64,000 nt of DNA from an uncultured Desulfosarcina sp. (GTDB lineage: Bacteria; Desulfobacterota; Desulfobacteria; Desulfobacterales; Desulfosarcinaceae): NCBI GenBank assembly GCA_963674945.2, contig CAXXWQ010000004.1:2176001-2240000 (forward strand), written 5' to 3'. The number at the start of each line of letters is the position of its first letter. The stretch's first letter is position 1. The translations under genes were made by a program, and so were the position numbers. Shown here in pieces: positions 39,726-50,852 of the stretch. The notes under the pieces are model-generated. The model made no database searches. It was not told the origin of the DNA and saw only the letters and a list, made by a program, of their open reading frames with translations.

Positions 39726-41225
39726 TTATTTGCGGCCAAATATGGAACCCAGCACACCGCGAATAATTTGGCGCCCGATCTGGCTTCCAATGGCCCGGGC
39801 GGCGCTCTTCATCATTGCCTCCCCTGCAGACTGGCGGTGCCGCTCGCCGCTCCTTGCAAGACGGCGCTGGGCACGCTCCTCCTCCTGGCGACGCTTGGCT
39901 GCCGCCATCTCAGCTCTTTGCTCATCCGCCTGAGCCTGAGCAGCTTCGGCACGTGCTTTCAAAAACTCATATGCCGACTCTCGATCCACGGATTGATCGT
40001 AGCGACCGTACAAAGGGGAACGCTGAATGGCCTCCTGAAGCTCATTATCCGTGATGGGACCGATCTGACTCTCAGGTGGTGCAATGAGCGTTTCTTCAAC
40101 CGGTAGGGGTCTGCCTTCATCCGACAGCACCGACACCAGCGCCTCACCGATGCCTAGCGCCGTCACCGTTTCTGCTGTGCTAAAGGCGGGGTTGGGCACA
40201 AAGGATGCGGCTACGGATTTTATGGTCTTTTGATCTTTGGGGGTGAAGGCTCTCAGAGCGTGCTGCACCTTCATACCTAATTGTCCCAGTACATCTTCGG
40301 GAATATCCAGTGGATTCTGGGTAACAAAATAGACACCCACGCCCTTGGACCGAATCAACCGGACCACCTGCTCGATCTTATCCAGCAGCGGTTTAGGAGC
40401 CCTATCAAACAGAAGGTGCGCCTCGTCAAAAAAGAGCACCAGCTTAGGCGTAGGAGGATCACCACACTCGGGGAGTTGTTCGAAAAGTTCGGATAGCAGC
40501 CACAACAGAAAAGCGCTGTAAACGCGAGGAGCTTGTTGGATAATTCTTTGAACATTGAGGATACTGATAACGCCGCGACCGGAAAAGTCCGTGTGCATCA
40601 AATCATTCAGATTTAATGCAGGTTCGCCGAAAAACAGCTCGACTCCCTGTTCCTCCAATACGAAAAACCGCCTTTGAATGGCTCCTATACTCGACTTGCT
40701 GATGTATCCGTATTCATTTCCCAATTCGCTGGTATTTTCGCCCATCCACCCCAAAAGGGATCGAAGGTCTTTTACATCGAGAAGCATCAGGCCCTGATCA
40801 TCGGCCAAATCGAAACCCGCATACAGAACGCTGGTTTGGGTGTCGTTCAGTTCCAGTAAATTGGATATCAGCAAAGGCCCTATTTCGGATATGGTTGAAC
40901 GCACCGGATGCCCTTTCCGACCGTCTATATCCCAAAAAACGGTTGGGCAAGGCTGTTGCCGAAAGTCGGGCAGGATAATCTTCGCCAGCCGCTCATCTAT
41001 TTTCGGATCGGGTTTTCCGGCCGCGGCCATACCGGAGAGATCTCCTTTGACATCCACGGCAAATACGGGAACGCCAATTTTGGAGAATCCCTCGGCCAAT
41101 ACCTGAAGCGTTATGGTCTTGCCGGTTCCGGTTGCACCGGCCACCAGCCCGTGGCGGTTGCTCATCCTGCCCAATTGCTGAACCAGTTTTCCGCTCGCTC
41201 CACCAATATTCAATGAAGAAGCCAC
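39726..41225 (-). CDS. HerA-like P-loop ATPase (DUF853/YjgR family)
   Basis: 'NRHGLVAGATGTGKT', 'FFDEAH', 'QHALRAFTP', 'RGVLGS'. Confidence 0.9.
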   Translation of the reverse strand: MASSLNIGGASGKLVQQLGRMSNRHGLVAGATGTGKTITLQVLAEGFSKIGVPVFAVDVKGDLSGMAAAGKPDPKIDERLAKIILPDFRQQPCPTVFWDIDGRKGHPVRSTISEIGPLLISNLLELNDTQTSVLYAGFDLADDQGLMLLDVKDLRSLLGWMGENTSELGNEYGYISKSSIGAIQRRFFVLEEQGVELFFGEPALNLNDLMHTDFSGRGVISILNVQRIIQQAPRVYSAFLLWLLSELFEQLPECGDPPTPKLVLFFDEAHLLFDRAPKPLLDKIEQVVRLIRSKGVGVYFVTQNPLDIPEDVLGQLGMKVQHALRAFTPKDQKTIKSVAASFVPNPAFSTAETVTALGIGEALVSVLSDEGRPLPVEETLIAPPESQIGPITDNELQEAIQRSPLYGRYDQSVDRESAYEFLKARAEAAQAQADEQRAEMAAAKRRQEEERAQRRLARSGERHRQSAGEAMMKSAARAIGSQIGRQIIRGVLGSIFGRK

Positions 41226-41419
41226 CGCTATCCCTTTCTTTGCTTATGCAATGTTCAGAATGATGCAGGTACTGTTTAAAAGAGAGCCGCAAGTGAGATA
41301 TAGGGAAAATAAAAAATGACACATCATGTCCTGTCAAGCAAGGCCGCTTCAGACATACCCGAGTTCCGGCGCAACTGCAGACACATTAATCATTGTAGGA
41401 AAGGTTCAGGAAACGCTTT

Positions 41420-42082
41420 TTACGCGCCGGCCTCCGCCAAATCCTCCTTTGGAAAGCATCCTCTATGATATAAGACTTTCTTTGAAAAACTCTTGGGAAC
41501 ACCTTCGAAGGGGGTTCGCTTCTTGAACCGCAGCGTCTTGGGATCACGCATGGCTTTCAAAATGTCGATGCTCTCCTTATATCCCCTGTTGACCCTGCAA
41601 AGCTCCATGGCCATTCCCACCAACTGGGCCACTGCCTGGACGAAGTTGACATCATCCAGGGCAAACTCCCAGGGTTCTGCCGTGTATACCCGCAGGCAAC
41701 CGATGGTTCGCTCACCGATGATGATGGGTACGGACAGGATGGAGGCGATTCCCTCCTGTAGGGCCGCCTGGGGATATTGAAGCCGCGGATCATCGCTCAC
41801 GTCGTAGATGGCGACCGGTTTCCCATCTTCCAGGGAGGAGGCGATGGACCGAATGGCGCTCACCGGTCCCTTGTCCAGGTAGTCCGAACGCAATCCATAA
41901 CTGCCGGCCAGGGAAAGGGCCTCGCTTTTCTTGTCAACCAGAAAAAGGGCACATCCCTTCACCTTCAGCGCATGGGTAATCCCTTCTACCGTAACCAAAA
42001 CGATCTCTTCGGGGTCACGGATCATGGAAATGGAGCTGGTAATGCGAATCAGGCTCTCATAGTTGATGATCGGTTTTTGCAT
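41420..42082 (-). CDS. Stand-alone GAF domain protein
   Basis: AAGGAGG RBS; 'DDPRLQYP...EGIASILSVPI...IGCLRVY'. Confidence 0.85.
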   Translation of the reverse strand: MQKPIINYESLIRITSSISMIRDPEEIVLVTVEGITHALKVKGCALFLVDKKSEALSLAGSYGLRSDYLDKGPVSAIRSIASSLEDGKPVAIYDVSDDPRLQYPQAALQEGIASILSVPIIIGERTIGCLRVYTAEPWEFALDDVNFVQAVAQLVGMAMELCRVNRGYKESIDILKAMRDPKTLRFKKRTPFEGVPKSFSKKVLYHRGCFPKEDLAEAGA

Positions 42083-42538
42083 GGCGACCTCCTTTTGGTT
42101 AAGTGATTGGTCATGACCGGCCATCCATATCGGGCACGGTGGTAGACCTTCGTACAAAGAGGTTTCACGATGCGATGGTTGTTGTATGGGGCAGTGCGTT
42201 TTGTCAGGTGTTTCGCGGATAACGGTGCTGCAATGTGTGGATGTGCGTTGAAACGGATCGATGTCGGTTTTGTGCCGATGTCGGATAACTACCGGCTGAT
42301 AGGTAAAATGTCCCACACATCGGATGGGTTTGCAAGGGCAAATTCTCTCCCTGTCCCAGGGTGATCACATGTAGATTTGATACAGGACATGGGCTTGTCC
42401 GGCTGAACACGGGGAAGGCGGGTGGGATTGCCTAACGCTAATGTATTCTGCCTTTTACTATAAAACGGCGGAGTGAAGCGGATCCTGAAATTCAGGCACT
42501 TTAGCTCACTTTTGACATTTTGGTTCACGATATCATCG

Positions 42539-45500
42539 CTATTTACCCGCCAATTGATCCAGGGTTTGTTTCAACTCGCGCATGCCATCCGCGATTTCCT
42601 TTCGTTTGGGCGGTTTTTCGCTTAACCAGCGTGAAAGCGGCGTCTTATTCGGGGTGGCTGTCGCCCGCATCAGCTTTCGTATGCGAACACGCCGCAGGTC
42701 ACTGTAAATGGTGATGGTGGGAATGAATGGAAACAAACGGCCCACACGGATCTTTTTGACCTCCTCCTTTGGCAAGAAGAAGCGGTTCACGGGGCTTGCG
42801 ATGGATACACCCTGCGGTGTGATGTCGATGTAGTACCCCTCCCGGCTTCGTTTGGCCATCAGGTAGAGCAGCCCGATCCAGGTGGGAATGAGCAGCACGG
42901 CAAGAAAAAGGATGGCTCCGATCAGCATCTCCAGGCCGAAGACCGCATACTCGATGATCAGTTTCAGCATACTGGGCGCTTGAAACGGCGTCTGTTCGAT
43001 GGTTGCCATCGTGGCCGGAACCGCCGTCGTCAGGCCAAGGGCGAGAACCGCCAGCTGGACGATGACGATCACACCCAATGCCAGGCGTGCATACCGGCGC
43101 CTCGTATAGAAGAAGCTGACGCCCTGGGGGGCATCCTTGTACCGGGGGCCGCGAAATGCGGAGATGATGGAATAGCGAAACCCCTCGAAGAGCGAGTACA
43201 TCACCGGTACAACGACCAGGGTCAACACCGTGGCAAAGCAGATACCGAAGATGATCACCACACCCAGCCCTTCCCACAGTTCGTCGGTGATGGTCAAGGT
43301 GATGATGCCGCCCACCGTGGATAGGGTCGTGGAAAATATGGGGCGAAGGCGCTGCTGGCCGCCGACGACGATGGCGTCGAACAGATCGAGTCCGGATTGG
43401 CGCATGCGGTTGATGCAATCCACCAGCACGATACTGTCGTTGACCACGATACCGGAAAGGCCCACCAGGCCGACGAAACTCATGATGGAAAAAAGGTTGC
43501 CCGTCACATAGAGTCCCGCCATGGCACCGACGATGGACAGGGGAAGGGAGGTGAGAATGGCGAAAGGCTGGGCCAGAGAATCGAATTGGTAGACGAGAAG
43601 GGTAAAAATCAAAATGGCCGCAATGACGTAAGCCAGTCCCAGACTCTCGAAGGATTCCGCCGTCTCTTCATACTCTCCGGAAAGATCGAAGCTGTATCCA
43701 GGGGGGAGCTCTATCTGATTCAATTTTTCGATGAGTTCCTGGGTGATATCGACGGCCGACCGTCCTCGATTGCTGGCCGAAACCCGCACGATGCGTCGTC
43801 GATCCGAGTGCCGGATTCCGTTCAGCCCATTGTCCTGGGTGATTCGCACCAGGGTGGAGAGCGGCACCAGTTCGCCGGTGTTGGCCCGGACCTTTACGTC
43901 GTCGATCATGGATGGACGGGTACGCGATTCCGGCGAAAAACGCACCTTGAGATCGTATTTTTTGGATACATCCAGCTCATCGCGAAATTCGCGGATTTCC
44001 AGACCTGCCGTGGCCCCGCGCAGGGTGTAGGCCAATGCCTCCAGGGGAACCCCCATGGCCGCCGCCTTGGCCCGATCCACCACGATCCTGAGTTCCGGTG
44101 CCGCATCGGCAAAGTCGTCCTGGATATCCACGGTGCCGGGGATCTCCTCCATGATCTTGCGTACCCGGGCCGTAATATCACGCAGCACCTCGATCTCGGG
44201 GCCGACGATCTTGACCAGCACCGGTGCGGCGGTGGGCGGCCCCCACTGGAGGGCCCGAAAACGGATATCGGCGCCGGGAATCTTCTGGAGAAAGGGCCGA
44301 AGCCGCTCCTGGATCTCGCGGTGGGTGGCCCTGGCGAACTCCTTGCCGTCCGTCAGTTCCACGGTAATCTCTGCAAAGTGGCTGATGGCTCCCGATTCGA
44401 AAGAGAATTCATAGGCGCTCTGGCCCCTGTATCCGATGGTGGATACGGTCTGGACCGCCTCGGGGACGTGTTCTGCGACGATTTTCTCCACCTGTCTGGC
44501 GACGGCGTCGGTGATGTCCACTTCGGTACCGCGGGGTGTCTCTACGGTGATATAGAGGTAATCGAAGTCGGCATCGGGAAACATCTCGATTTTGACCAGT
44601 TTCAATGCCACCATGCTCAGGGCGCCCATAAAACTCAGTGTGATGAAGAGAATCACCCAGACCCGGTGGTTCAACGCCCAGGTGATACCGCGAACATAGA
44701 GCCGTTTTAACCGTTTCAGGTCCTCTTCGGGTGTGACGATCCGTCCGTCCTTCACGGTTCGCTTCATGAACAGGCTCAATAGCAGCGGGTTGGCAATCAA
44801 AGCGACGATCAGGGACGCGGCAAGGGCCAGGGACACGGTCTTTGGCAGAAAGCCCAAATATTCGCCCGTCACGCCGGTCATGAGCAGCATCGGCAGGAAG
44901 GCCGCCATGGTGGTCAAGGTCGCCGAGATCACCGGCATGGCGATTTCGCCGGTTCCGTCGATTACGGCCCTGACCCGGTCCTTACCCGATTGATAGTGGT
45001 GGTAGACATTTTCAACCACGATGATGGCGTTGTCCACCAGCATACCGATGCTCAATACTAGAGCGAATCGGACCATGTCGTTGTTGGAGAGTCCGAAGAC
45101 TTTCAAAAAGATGAAGGTGAGCAGCAAGGACAAAGGGATGGACAGCGAGGTGATGATGGAGTTTCTCAGCCCCATGGCGAAATAGAGCACCACGATGACA
45201 ATGAGCAGGCCCATGATGGCCGAGTTGTTCATCATGTCGAACCCCTGCTCGATGTACCTTGCCTTCTCCGCCGTGATGGTGGTCGTCACACCGGCCGGAA
45301 AACCTTTCTCCAGCTCCTTGAGTTTATCTTTGACCTTGTTTGATGACGCTATGATGTTGGCGCCGTTTCGTTTTTTTACGGCGATGGACGCCGAAGAGAC
45401 ACCGTTGATCCGGGACCTCGTGATCTCTTCGGAATGTCCGTCCACCACCGTTGCCACATCCGACAAAAAGACCACGCGATCCCCCTGGCGGTTCAAAGGC

Positions 45501-46225
45501 ACCTTGGCGTAATCTTCCACCCGCTTGATTTCCGTGAGGGTGCGCAGCAGAAGGCGCCGCCCTTCGATGTTGACCTGACCGCCGGGAATGTTGATATCCG
45601 ATTGCTTGACGGCGTTGTAGACATCCAAAATGGTCAGGCCGAACTGATTCAACCGCTCCGGATCCAGATAGATCTGAATCTCACGGACCAGTCCTCCGGC
45701 CACATCGGCGGCGAGAATCTCGGGCATGAGTTCGATCTCATCGGCCACCTTTTCCGCCAGCCGACGCAAACGGACCGGATCGATATCCCCCACCACCGAT
45801 GCAATCAGGATGGGCATATCCGAAAAACTCACCTCGGTGACCTCGGGATCTTCGGCCTGCTCGGGAAGCTCCTTCTGGGCATCGGTGACATTTTCCCGCA
45901 CCTTTTGCAGCGAGCGTTCCAGGTCTGCCTCGGCCTCAAAATCGATGACGACGATGGAGACCCCTTCCAGTGAATGGGAACGCATCTCCTTTACATCTTT
46001 CAGGTCGCTGAGTTCCTCTTCGATGGGATTGGTGACGAGGCTCTCCACCTCACTGGGAGAGGCCCCCGGGAAAAGGGTCACCACGATGGCCACCGGTGCG
46101 GAGACTTCCGGTTCGCCCTCCTTGGGAAGGGTTTTGTAGGAAAAGGTTCCTGCCACGATGGGCATGGCGATGACCAACAGGGCAAAAATCAGCCAGCGTC
46201 TGAGGATGAAAGGATAGAATTTCAC
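42539..46225 (-). CDS. RND efflux permease with C-terminal extension
   Basis: 'GMLVDNAIIVVEN', 'RLRPIFSTT'; 1228 aa. Confidence 0.92.
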   Translation of the reverse strand: MKFYPFILRRWLIFALLVIAMPIVAGTFSYKTLPKEGEPEVSAPVAIVVTLFPGASPSEVESLVTNPIEEELSDLKDVKEMRSHSLEGVSIVVIDFEAEADLERSLQKVRENVTDAQKELPEQAEDPEVTEVSFSDMPILIASVVGDIDPVRLRRLAEKVADEIELMPEILAADVAGGLVREIQIYLDPERLNQFGLTILDVYNAVKQSDINIPGGQVNIEGRRLLLRTLTEIKRVEDYAKVPLNRQGDRVVFLSDVATVVDGHSEEITRSRINGVSSASIAVKKRNGANIIASSNKVKDKLKELEKGFPAGVTTTITAEKARYIEQGFDMMNNSAIMGLLIVIVVLYFAMGLRNSIITSLSIPLSLLLTFIFLKVFGLSNNDMVRFALVLSIGMLVDNAIIVVENVYHHYQSGKDRVRAVIDGTGEIAMPVISATLTTMAAFLPMLLMTGVTGEYLGFLPKTVSLALAASLIVALIANPLLLSLFMKRTVKDGRIVTPEEDLKRLKRLYVRGITWALNHRVWVILFITLSFMGALSMVALKLVKIEMFPDADFDYLYITVETPRGTEVDITDAVARQVEKIVAEHVPEAVQTVSTIGYRGQSAYEFSFESGAISHFAEITVELTDGKEFARATHREIQERLRPFLQKIPGADIRFRALQWGPPTAAPVLVKIVGPEIEVLRDITARVRKIMEEIPGTVDIQDDFADAAPELRIVVDRAKAAAMGVPLEALAYTLRGATAGLEIREFRDELDVSKKYDLKVRFSPESRTRPSMIDDVKVRANTGELVPLSTLVRITQDNGLNGIRHSDRRRIVRVSASNRGRSAVDITQELIEKLNQIELPPGYSFDLSGEYEETAESFESLGLAYVIAAILIFTLLVYQFDSLAQPFAILTSLPLSIVGAMAGLYVTGNLFSIMSFVGLVGLSGIVVNDSIVLVDCINRMRQSGLDLFDAIVVGGQQRLRPIFSTTLSTVGGIITLTITDELWEGLGVVIIFGICFATVLTLVVVPVMYSLFEGFRYSIISAFRGPRYKDAPQGVSFFYTRRRYARLALGVIVIVQLAVLALGLTTAVPATMATIEQTPFQAPSMLKLIIEYAVFGLEMLIGAILFLAVLLIPTWIGLLYLMAKRSREGYYIDITPQGVSIASPVNRFFLPKEEVKKIRVGRLFPFIPTITIYSDLRRVRIRKLMRATATPNKTPLSRWLSEKPPKRKEIADGMRELKQTLDQLAGK

Positions 46226-47298
46226 TGGATCACCGTCACCTTGTCACCGGTCTTCAGATATTGGGCCCCGGACACCACCAGGTCGTCACCGGGTTGCAAG
46301 CCTTCGAGAATCTGCACATCGGAGCCGACCATCTGCCCCAGCTTGACCTCCCGCACCTGGGCCATCCGATCCCCGTTGACGACGAACACCTCCTTGCGAT
46401 TCTCCCGGAAGAGGACGCTGCTTTGGGCAATGAGGATGGCGTCGGGAATGACTCTGGTTTCAATGGCCACACGGGCCGTTAAACCCGCCTTTAGCGTGAA
46501 ATCCGGATTGTCCATAAGAATTTCCACTTCGAAGGTGTTGGTGCGGGAATCGGCCTGAATGCCGATCTTGTCCACCCGTCCCGCCATGGGCAGATGGTCG
46601 AAGGCCTCCACCGTTACGGTGACGGGATCATCTTTGTCCACATATACGTAATCCAGCTCGTTGATGTATATCTTGACCCGCATGGTTTTCGTATCGGCCA
46701 CCTGCATGACGGGACTTCCCGCCGCGACATTTTGCCCCTTTTCGATGAATCGTTGGGTCACATGGCCGTCGAAAGGGGCGGTGATGGTGGTTTTGTCCAG
46801 ACGCCGCTGGGCCATGGCCACCATGGTCTCCAATTGGGTGACGGTGGCCTGGGCACTGGCGTACGCAGCCTCGGCCTGTTCGTACAATTCCTCTGTGATC
46901 GCCTTTTCCGGAAGCAGGCGCTTTGCCCGTTCAAAGGAATTTTTCGTCACCGGCAACCGGATCTGGGCGGCCAGGAGATTGGCCTCGGCCTCCTTGAGGG
47001 CAAGACGATAGTCAACCGCCTCGATTTGCGCGAGACGATCGCCCTTTGCGACCTTGGAACCCACATCGGCGTCGTATTTCTCCAGAATACCCGGTACTTC
47101 GGCGGATATAACCACCTCCCGGTCGGGTGTTAGCCGGCCGACGGCACGGACCACGATGGGAAGATCCTGACTGACGATCGTTCGGGTCAAAACGGCACGG
47201 GGTGGCGTCTCTGCTTGCGTCTCTTCCTGTGGGGGCTTGCATGCGAAGATCATGACCCCGGCAAGCAGACCGACAACCCAAAAAAGATAGGATTTCAT
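46222..47298 (-). CDS. RND periplasmic adaptor (MFP), probable lipoprotein
   Basis: 'IFAC' lipobox, coiled hairpin, 'I.APFDG'; overlaps the permease start. Confidence 0.9.
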   Translation of the reverse strand: MKSYLFWVVGLLAGVMIFACKPPQEETQAETPPRAVLTRTIVSQDLPIVVRAVGRLTPDREVVISAEVPGILEKYDADVGSKVAKGDRLAQIEAVDYRLALKEAEANLLAAQIRLPVTKNSFERAKRLLPEKAITEELYEQAEAAYASAQATVTQLETMVAMAQRRLDKTTITAPFDGHVTQRFIEKGQNVAAGSPVMQVADTKTMRVKIYINELDYVYVDKDDPVTVTVEAFDHLPMAGRVDKIGIQADSRTNTFEVEILMDNPDFTLKAGLTARVAIETRVIPDAILIAQSSVLFRENRKEVFVVNGDRMAQVREVKLGQMVGSDVQILEGLQPGDDLVVSGAQYLKTGDKVTVIQ

Positions 47299-47580
47299 TG
47301 GCAACAATAACCTCGTTCAACAGCTACAATGCTTGGTTTTAAACGGAAAAGGATGGGACCGGCATGGGAACGTGGGGGGACAATAAAGAATTCATCCCCA
47401 TAAATCAATACCCGCAGATTTTTATATGTGCCTTTTCGTGAGGATCGTTCGCGGCATTTCCCGCAAGGGGAAAAAGGATGAAATGGTTCAGGAAAAAGGT
47501 TCCGGGGCTTGACGAGGTTGCCTCCGATCATGGCAGACAACCTCGTTTCAATCTGTTTTACATTGAAAACGAATTGATGT

Positions 47581-48066
47581 CTAAAAAGGAATGTCATCCT
47601 CCTGATCATTGGGATAGGGAGGCTGGGGGTAGCCCTGGTCCGGGTAGCCGTCATTCTGGTAGTTCTTTCCGGGAGCACCGCCACCACCCGCCATGGGGCG
47701 AGGCCCGCCACCACCGTCCGCGCGGTTGCCGAGCATCTGCATGGTCCCGCGCATATCCACCACAACTTCCGTGGTATAACGGTCCTGACCATCCTGGCCC
47801 TGCCACTTTCGCGTTTGCAGCTTGCCTTCGATGTACACCTGACGTCCCTTGGCCAGATATTGGCCGCAGATTTCAGCGAGCTTGCCAAACACCACCACGC
47901 GATGCCACTCCGTCTTCTCCCTGCGTTCGCCGCTGTTTTTGTCCGTCCATGTCTCGGAGGTCGCCAGGGAAAAATTGGCAATGGGCCTGCCATCGGCCGT
48001 ATATCGGATCTCGGGGTCCTGTCCAAGATTTCCCACCAATATCACTTTGTTGATACCACCTGCCAT
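47581..48066 (-). CDS. ssb: Single-stranded DNA-binding protein
   Basis: '[15 protein letters not shown]', C-terminal 'DDIPF'. Confidence 0.97.
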   Translation of the reverse strand: MAGGINKVILVGNLGQDPEIRYTADGRPIANFSLATSETWTDKNSGERREKTEWHRVVVFGKLAEICGQYLAKGRQVYIEGKLQTRKWQGQDGQDRYTTEVVVDMRGTMQMLGNRADGGGGPRPMAGGGGAPGKNYQNDGYPDQGYPQPPYPNDQEDDIPF

Positions 48067-48104
48067 GTGTTCCCTTCCTTTCTTTTCCCTATGTTTCGGA
48101 TGTA

Positions 48105-49214
48105 TTATCGATTTTTCGCAAACCACGTCCACAACCTTCCGGCAATTGGCTGTTTTGCACGGATAGCCCCGTGGGGGCACACCTCCAAACAGCAGTAGCA
48201 GCGGATGCAGCCAGCGGCGTCGAATGAAATTTTCCGGTCGGTGTGGGTGATGACCTGTGCTGGGCAAATTTTCCAGCACTCGCCGCAAAGCTTGCAGGCA
48301 TCGTTGTCCACCACCGGCTTTTGGATAACGAATCTGCGCATGAAGCGAGACAGATTCTCCTGCCCCATGAATACGAAGGTTCGTTCCGGAAACCGAAAAT
48401 CGTTTAAAATCGTCAGGTCCCCGTCGATGTGCACACCGCCATCGTAGAGCCCCAACTCGATGGCGACCTTCTGGGTCTCCAAGACGACGGGATCCAGTCC
48501 CACGGTAAGACAGATGGCGTGATCCACGGCATGGGGTGTTTTTCCACCGATCAGAAGTCCCATCTGCCGAGGCGTGCCGCTTTTTCCCGGCCCCTGCCCC
48601 TCCATGGCCAGGATACCATCCACGATGGTGAAATCCGGATTCACGGCATCGCATATGCGGACGATCAACTTTGCGAACATGTGTCGATCAATCCCAGCGC
48701 GTGCGTGCCATTCGGGCTTTTGTAATCCCACGATACAGCCGAAGAGGTTTTTGACCCCCAGCGTCATTCCCATCTGGGCATGTGTCTTCAGCTTGGCCAG
48801 ATTGATGACCACATCGGCCGCCATGGCATCCCTGGCCACGTCGATGGTACCGAAAGGCTCGCCCACATCCACGGTTATGGTACCATCGAAGGGCTTGATG
48901 GTCACGTCAAAACCATCGAGGGCCTCCTGATACCCCCCTTTTCTCATCAGGGAATGGAAGTTCCCCATGGCCGGGCTGTCGGATATCTGCACCTTTGCCC
49001 CCCGATCCAGCATGAATGCGACAGCGGCCTTTACGACGAGCGGATGTGTCGTAATGGCCTTATCGGGTTCGGCGGGCATAAGAAAATTGGGCTTGATCAG
49101 TACACGGGTACCGGCACGAATCTCGGGCGCGGCCTCGGATGCCAGCATCTCGAATACGATGGGTCGAAGTGATTGGTATTCGTATGACGCTTGTCGGATG
49201 TAGACGGTGGACAT
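48105..49214 (-). CDS. DUF362 protein with 2x[4Fe-4S] ferredoxin domain
   Basis: 'IKPN', 'KLKTH', 'KNLFG', two CxxCxxCxxxCP motifs. Confidence 0.88.
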   Translation of the reverse strand: MSTVYIRQASYEYQSLRPIVFEMLASEAAPEIRAGTRVLIKPNFLMPAEPDKAITTHPLVVKAAVAFMLDRGAKVQISDSPAMGNFHSLMRKGGYQEALDGFDVTIKPFDGTITVDVGEPFGTIDVARDAMAADVVINLAKLKTHAQMGMTLGVKNLFGCIVGLQKPEWHARAGIDRHMFAKLIVRICDAVNPDFTIVDGILAMEGQGPGKSGTPRQMGLLIGGKTPHAVDHAICLTVGLDPVVLETQKVAIELGLYDGGVHIDGDLTILNDFRFPERTFVFMGQENLSRFMRRFVIQKPVVDNDACKLCGECWKICPAQVITHTDRKISFDAAGCIRCYCCLEVCPHGAIRAKQPIAGRLWTWFAKNR

Positions 49215-49386
49215 GCGTTACGCGTACTTTCTTAAATTTAGGAAATAGGATTTAAAAAGCGCTACAATAGGATATCAGGCGCCGTTAACCTTATTTACAA
49301 ACCCATGGAACAACTGATAGGTTGCACCGGTAGTGCAGCTTAATATCGATGGGATTCCAAATCAAGCCCCGTCTTCGGATAAGATA

Positions 49387-50577
49387 ATGCCCCAAACGGA
49401 TCGTTCTCACCACAGCACTTTGGACAAACGGTTTCGTCGCCATGTTATCGGTCGGGTGCGGCAATACCATGTGATCACGATTCCGGGATTCGAAACGCTT
49501 TGCCACCGCGAACTCTCCGGCTTGGGTATTGCTCCCGACCAGATGAAGGCGGAACCCGGGGGTGTGACCTTTTCCGGTCGCTTCGTGGATTGCCAGAAGG
49601 CGAACCTTCACTTGCACACGGCGACGCGCGTTCTCATGCGCATCGATGAATTTACCGTGACAAATACCCGTCAATTGGAGAAAAAAGCCGCCGCAATTCC
49701 CTGGGAGCTGTTTCTCCCCAAAGGCCAAATGCCGGACTTTCGTATCCGCAGCCGGCGATCCCGGCTCTATCATACGAAGGCAATTTATCAAAGCCTTTCG
49801 GAAAGCATTCACCGGCGGATCGGCGTCGATTGTGACGCTCCGTCCCCAACGAAACGCGCCACCGTTTATGCCCGGGCCATCGATGATCGATTTGTCCTGT
49901 CCATGGATAGCAGTGGCGTCCCGCTTTACAAACGTGGTGTGAAAGAGGGAAAGGCACGGGCACCCATACGGGAAACCCTTGCCGCTGCCGTTCTCATGTC
50001 CGCCGGCTACGATTGCCGTCGGCCCCTGGTGGATCCCATGTGCGGCGCCGGGACCTTCTCCCTGGAAGCCGCCATGATGGCCAAACAGATGGCGCCGGGA
50101 ATCGGCCGTCGGTTTGCTTTTATGGATTGGCCTGCATTTCGCGTTGCACCATGGAACTTCTTAAGACGGTCCGCCGAGGCCGGGATGCAAAAGATGCCGC
50201 AGCATTGTATCTTTGCATCGGACGTGGATCCCGTGTCCTGCAACCGGTTGGAGGGCACCGTCGCCGGAAGCGGCTTTGAAGATGCAGTCCGGATTCGCCG
50301 GCAAGATTTTTTTACCTGCCATGGAAAAGCGTTCGGCGATAAAACAGGGCTCGTGGTGATCAACCCACCCTATGGTATCCGCCTTTCGTCAAAAAAACAG
50401 GCAGAGAAGCTGTTCGTGGGCATTTGCCGCCACCTGGCCCAGGCATTCGGGGGCTGGAACGTGGCCCTGATCGTCCCCCAACGCCAATGGATCGGCAGGT
50501 TGCCGTTTCCCGCCCGGCAGATATCCTTTCCCCACGGGGGGTTGAAGTTGACGCTTCTGGTGGGAACGGTACCCTAA
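49387..50577 (+). CDS. THUMP-domain RNA m2G methyltransferase (RlmL/YpsC-like)
   Basis: 'LYKRG', 'APIRETLAA', 'DPMCGAGT', 'NPPYG'. Confidence 0.88.
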   Translation: MPQTDRSHHSTLDKRFRRHVIGRVRQYHVITIPGFETLCHRELSGLGIAPDQMKAEPGGVTFSGRFVDCQKANLHLHTATRVLMRIDEFTVTNTRQLEKKAAAIPWELFLPKGQMPDFRIRSRRSRLYHTKAIYQSLSESIHRRIGVDCDAPSPTKRATVYARAIDDRFVLSMDSSGVPLYKRGVKEGKARAPIRETLAAAVLMSAGYDCRRPLVDPMCGAGTFSLEAAMMAKQMAPGIGRRFAFMDWPAFRVAPWNFLRRSAEAGMQKMPQHCIFASDVDPVSCNRLEGTVAGSGFEDAVRIRRQDFFTCHGKAFGDKTGLVVINPPYGIRLSSKKQAEKLFVGICRHLAQAFGGWNVALIVPQRQWIGRLPFPARQISFPHGGLKLTLLVGTVP

Positions 50578-50646
50578 CAGGTCAGTATAGAAAATATAGT
50601 CCTATGGGCTAATTCAAAAATAAATGGATCAACCGTAACGCTGTTT

Positions 50647-50779
50647 CAGGAATTCAGGAGTCAGAATTCAGAAGACAGAATCAGGTATTCGCCTTCGGCT
50701 CGATCCATTTTTTTCCAATCGATGAAGCGAAGCGACATCAGGTTCATTCTGACTCCTGAATTCTGACTTCTGGCTCCTG
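50647..50779. repeat. Inverted-repeat element built of heptamer units (A[G/T]TCAG[A/G])
   Basis: Left arm CAGGAATTCAGGAGTCAGAATTCAGAAGACAGAAT; right arm ATTCTGACTCCTGAATTCTGACTTCTGGCTCCTG. Confidence 0.8.
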
Positions 50780-50852
50780 TGGCTTTTTGTAATCACTGCG
50801 CATCCCCTTTTTAGGGGAACATAATGTTGGGTCCTCTGGGGCCTGATTTCGT

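Noticed and set aside
42300..42440. 6S RNA
   Set aside because: Could not find the long closing stem with central bubble
48067..48654. N-terminally extended 357-aa SSB
   Set aside because: The extension overlaps the DUF362 gene; the canonical start MAGGINKV at 48066 has its own purine-rich RBS
50640..50790. CRISPR array
   Set aside because: Units are 7-mers in inverted arms with no spacers and no cas genes
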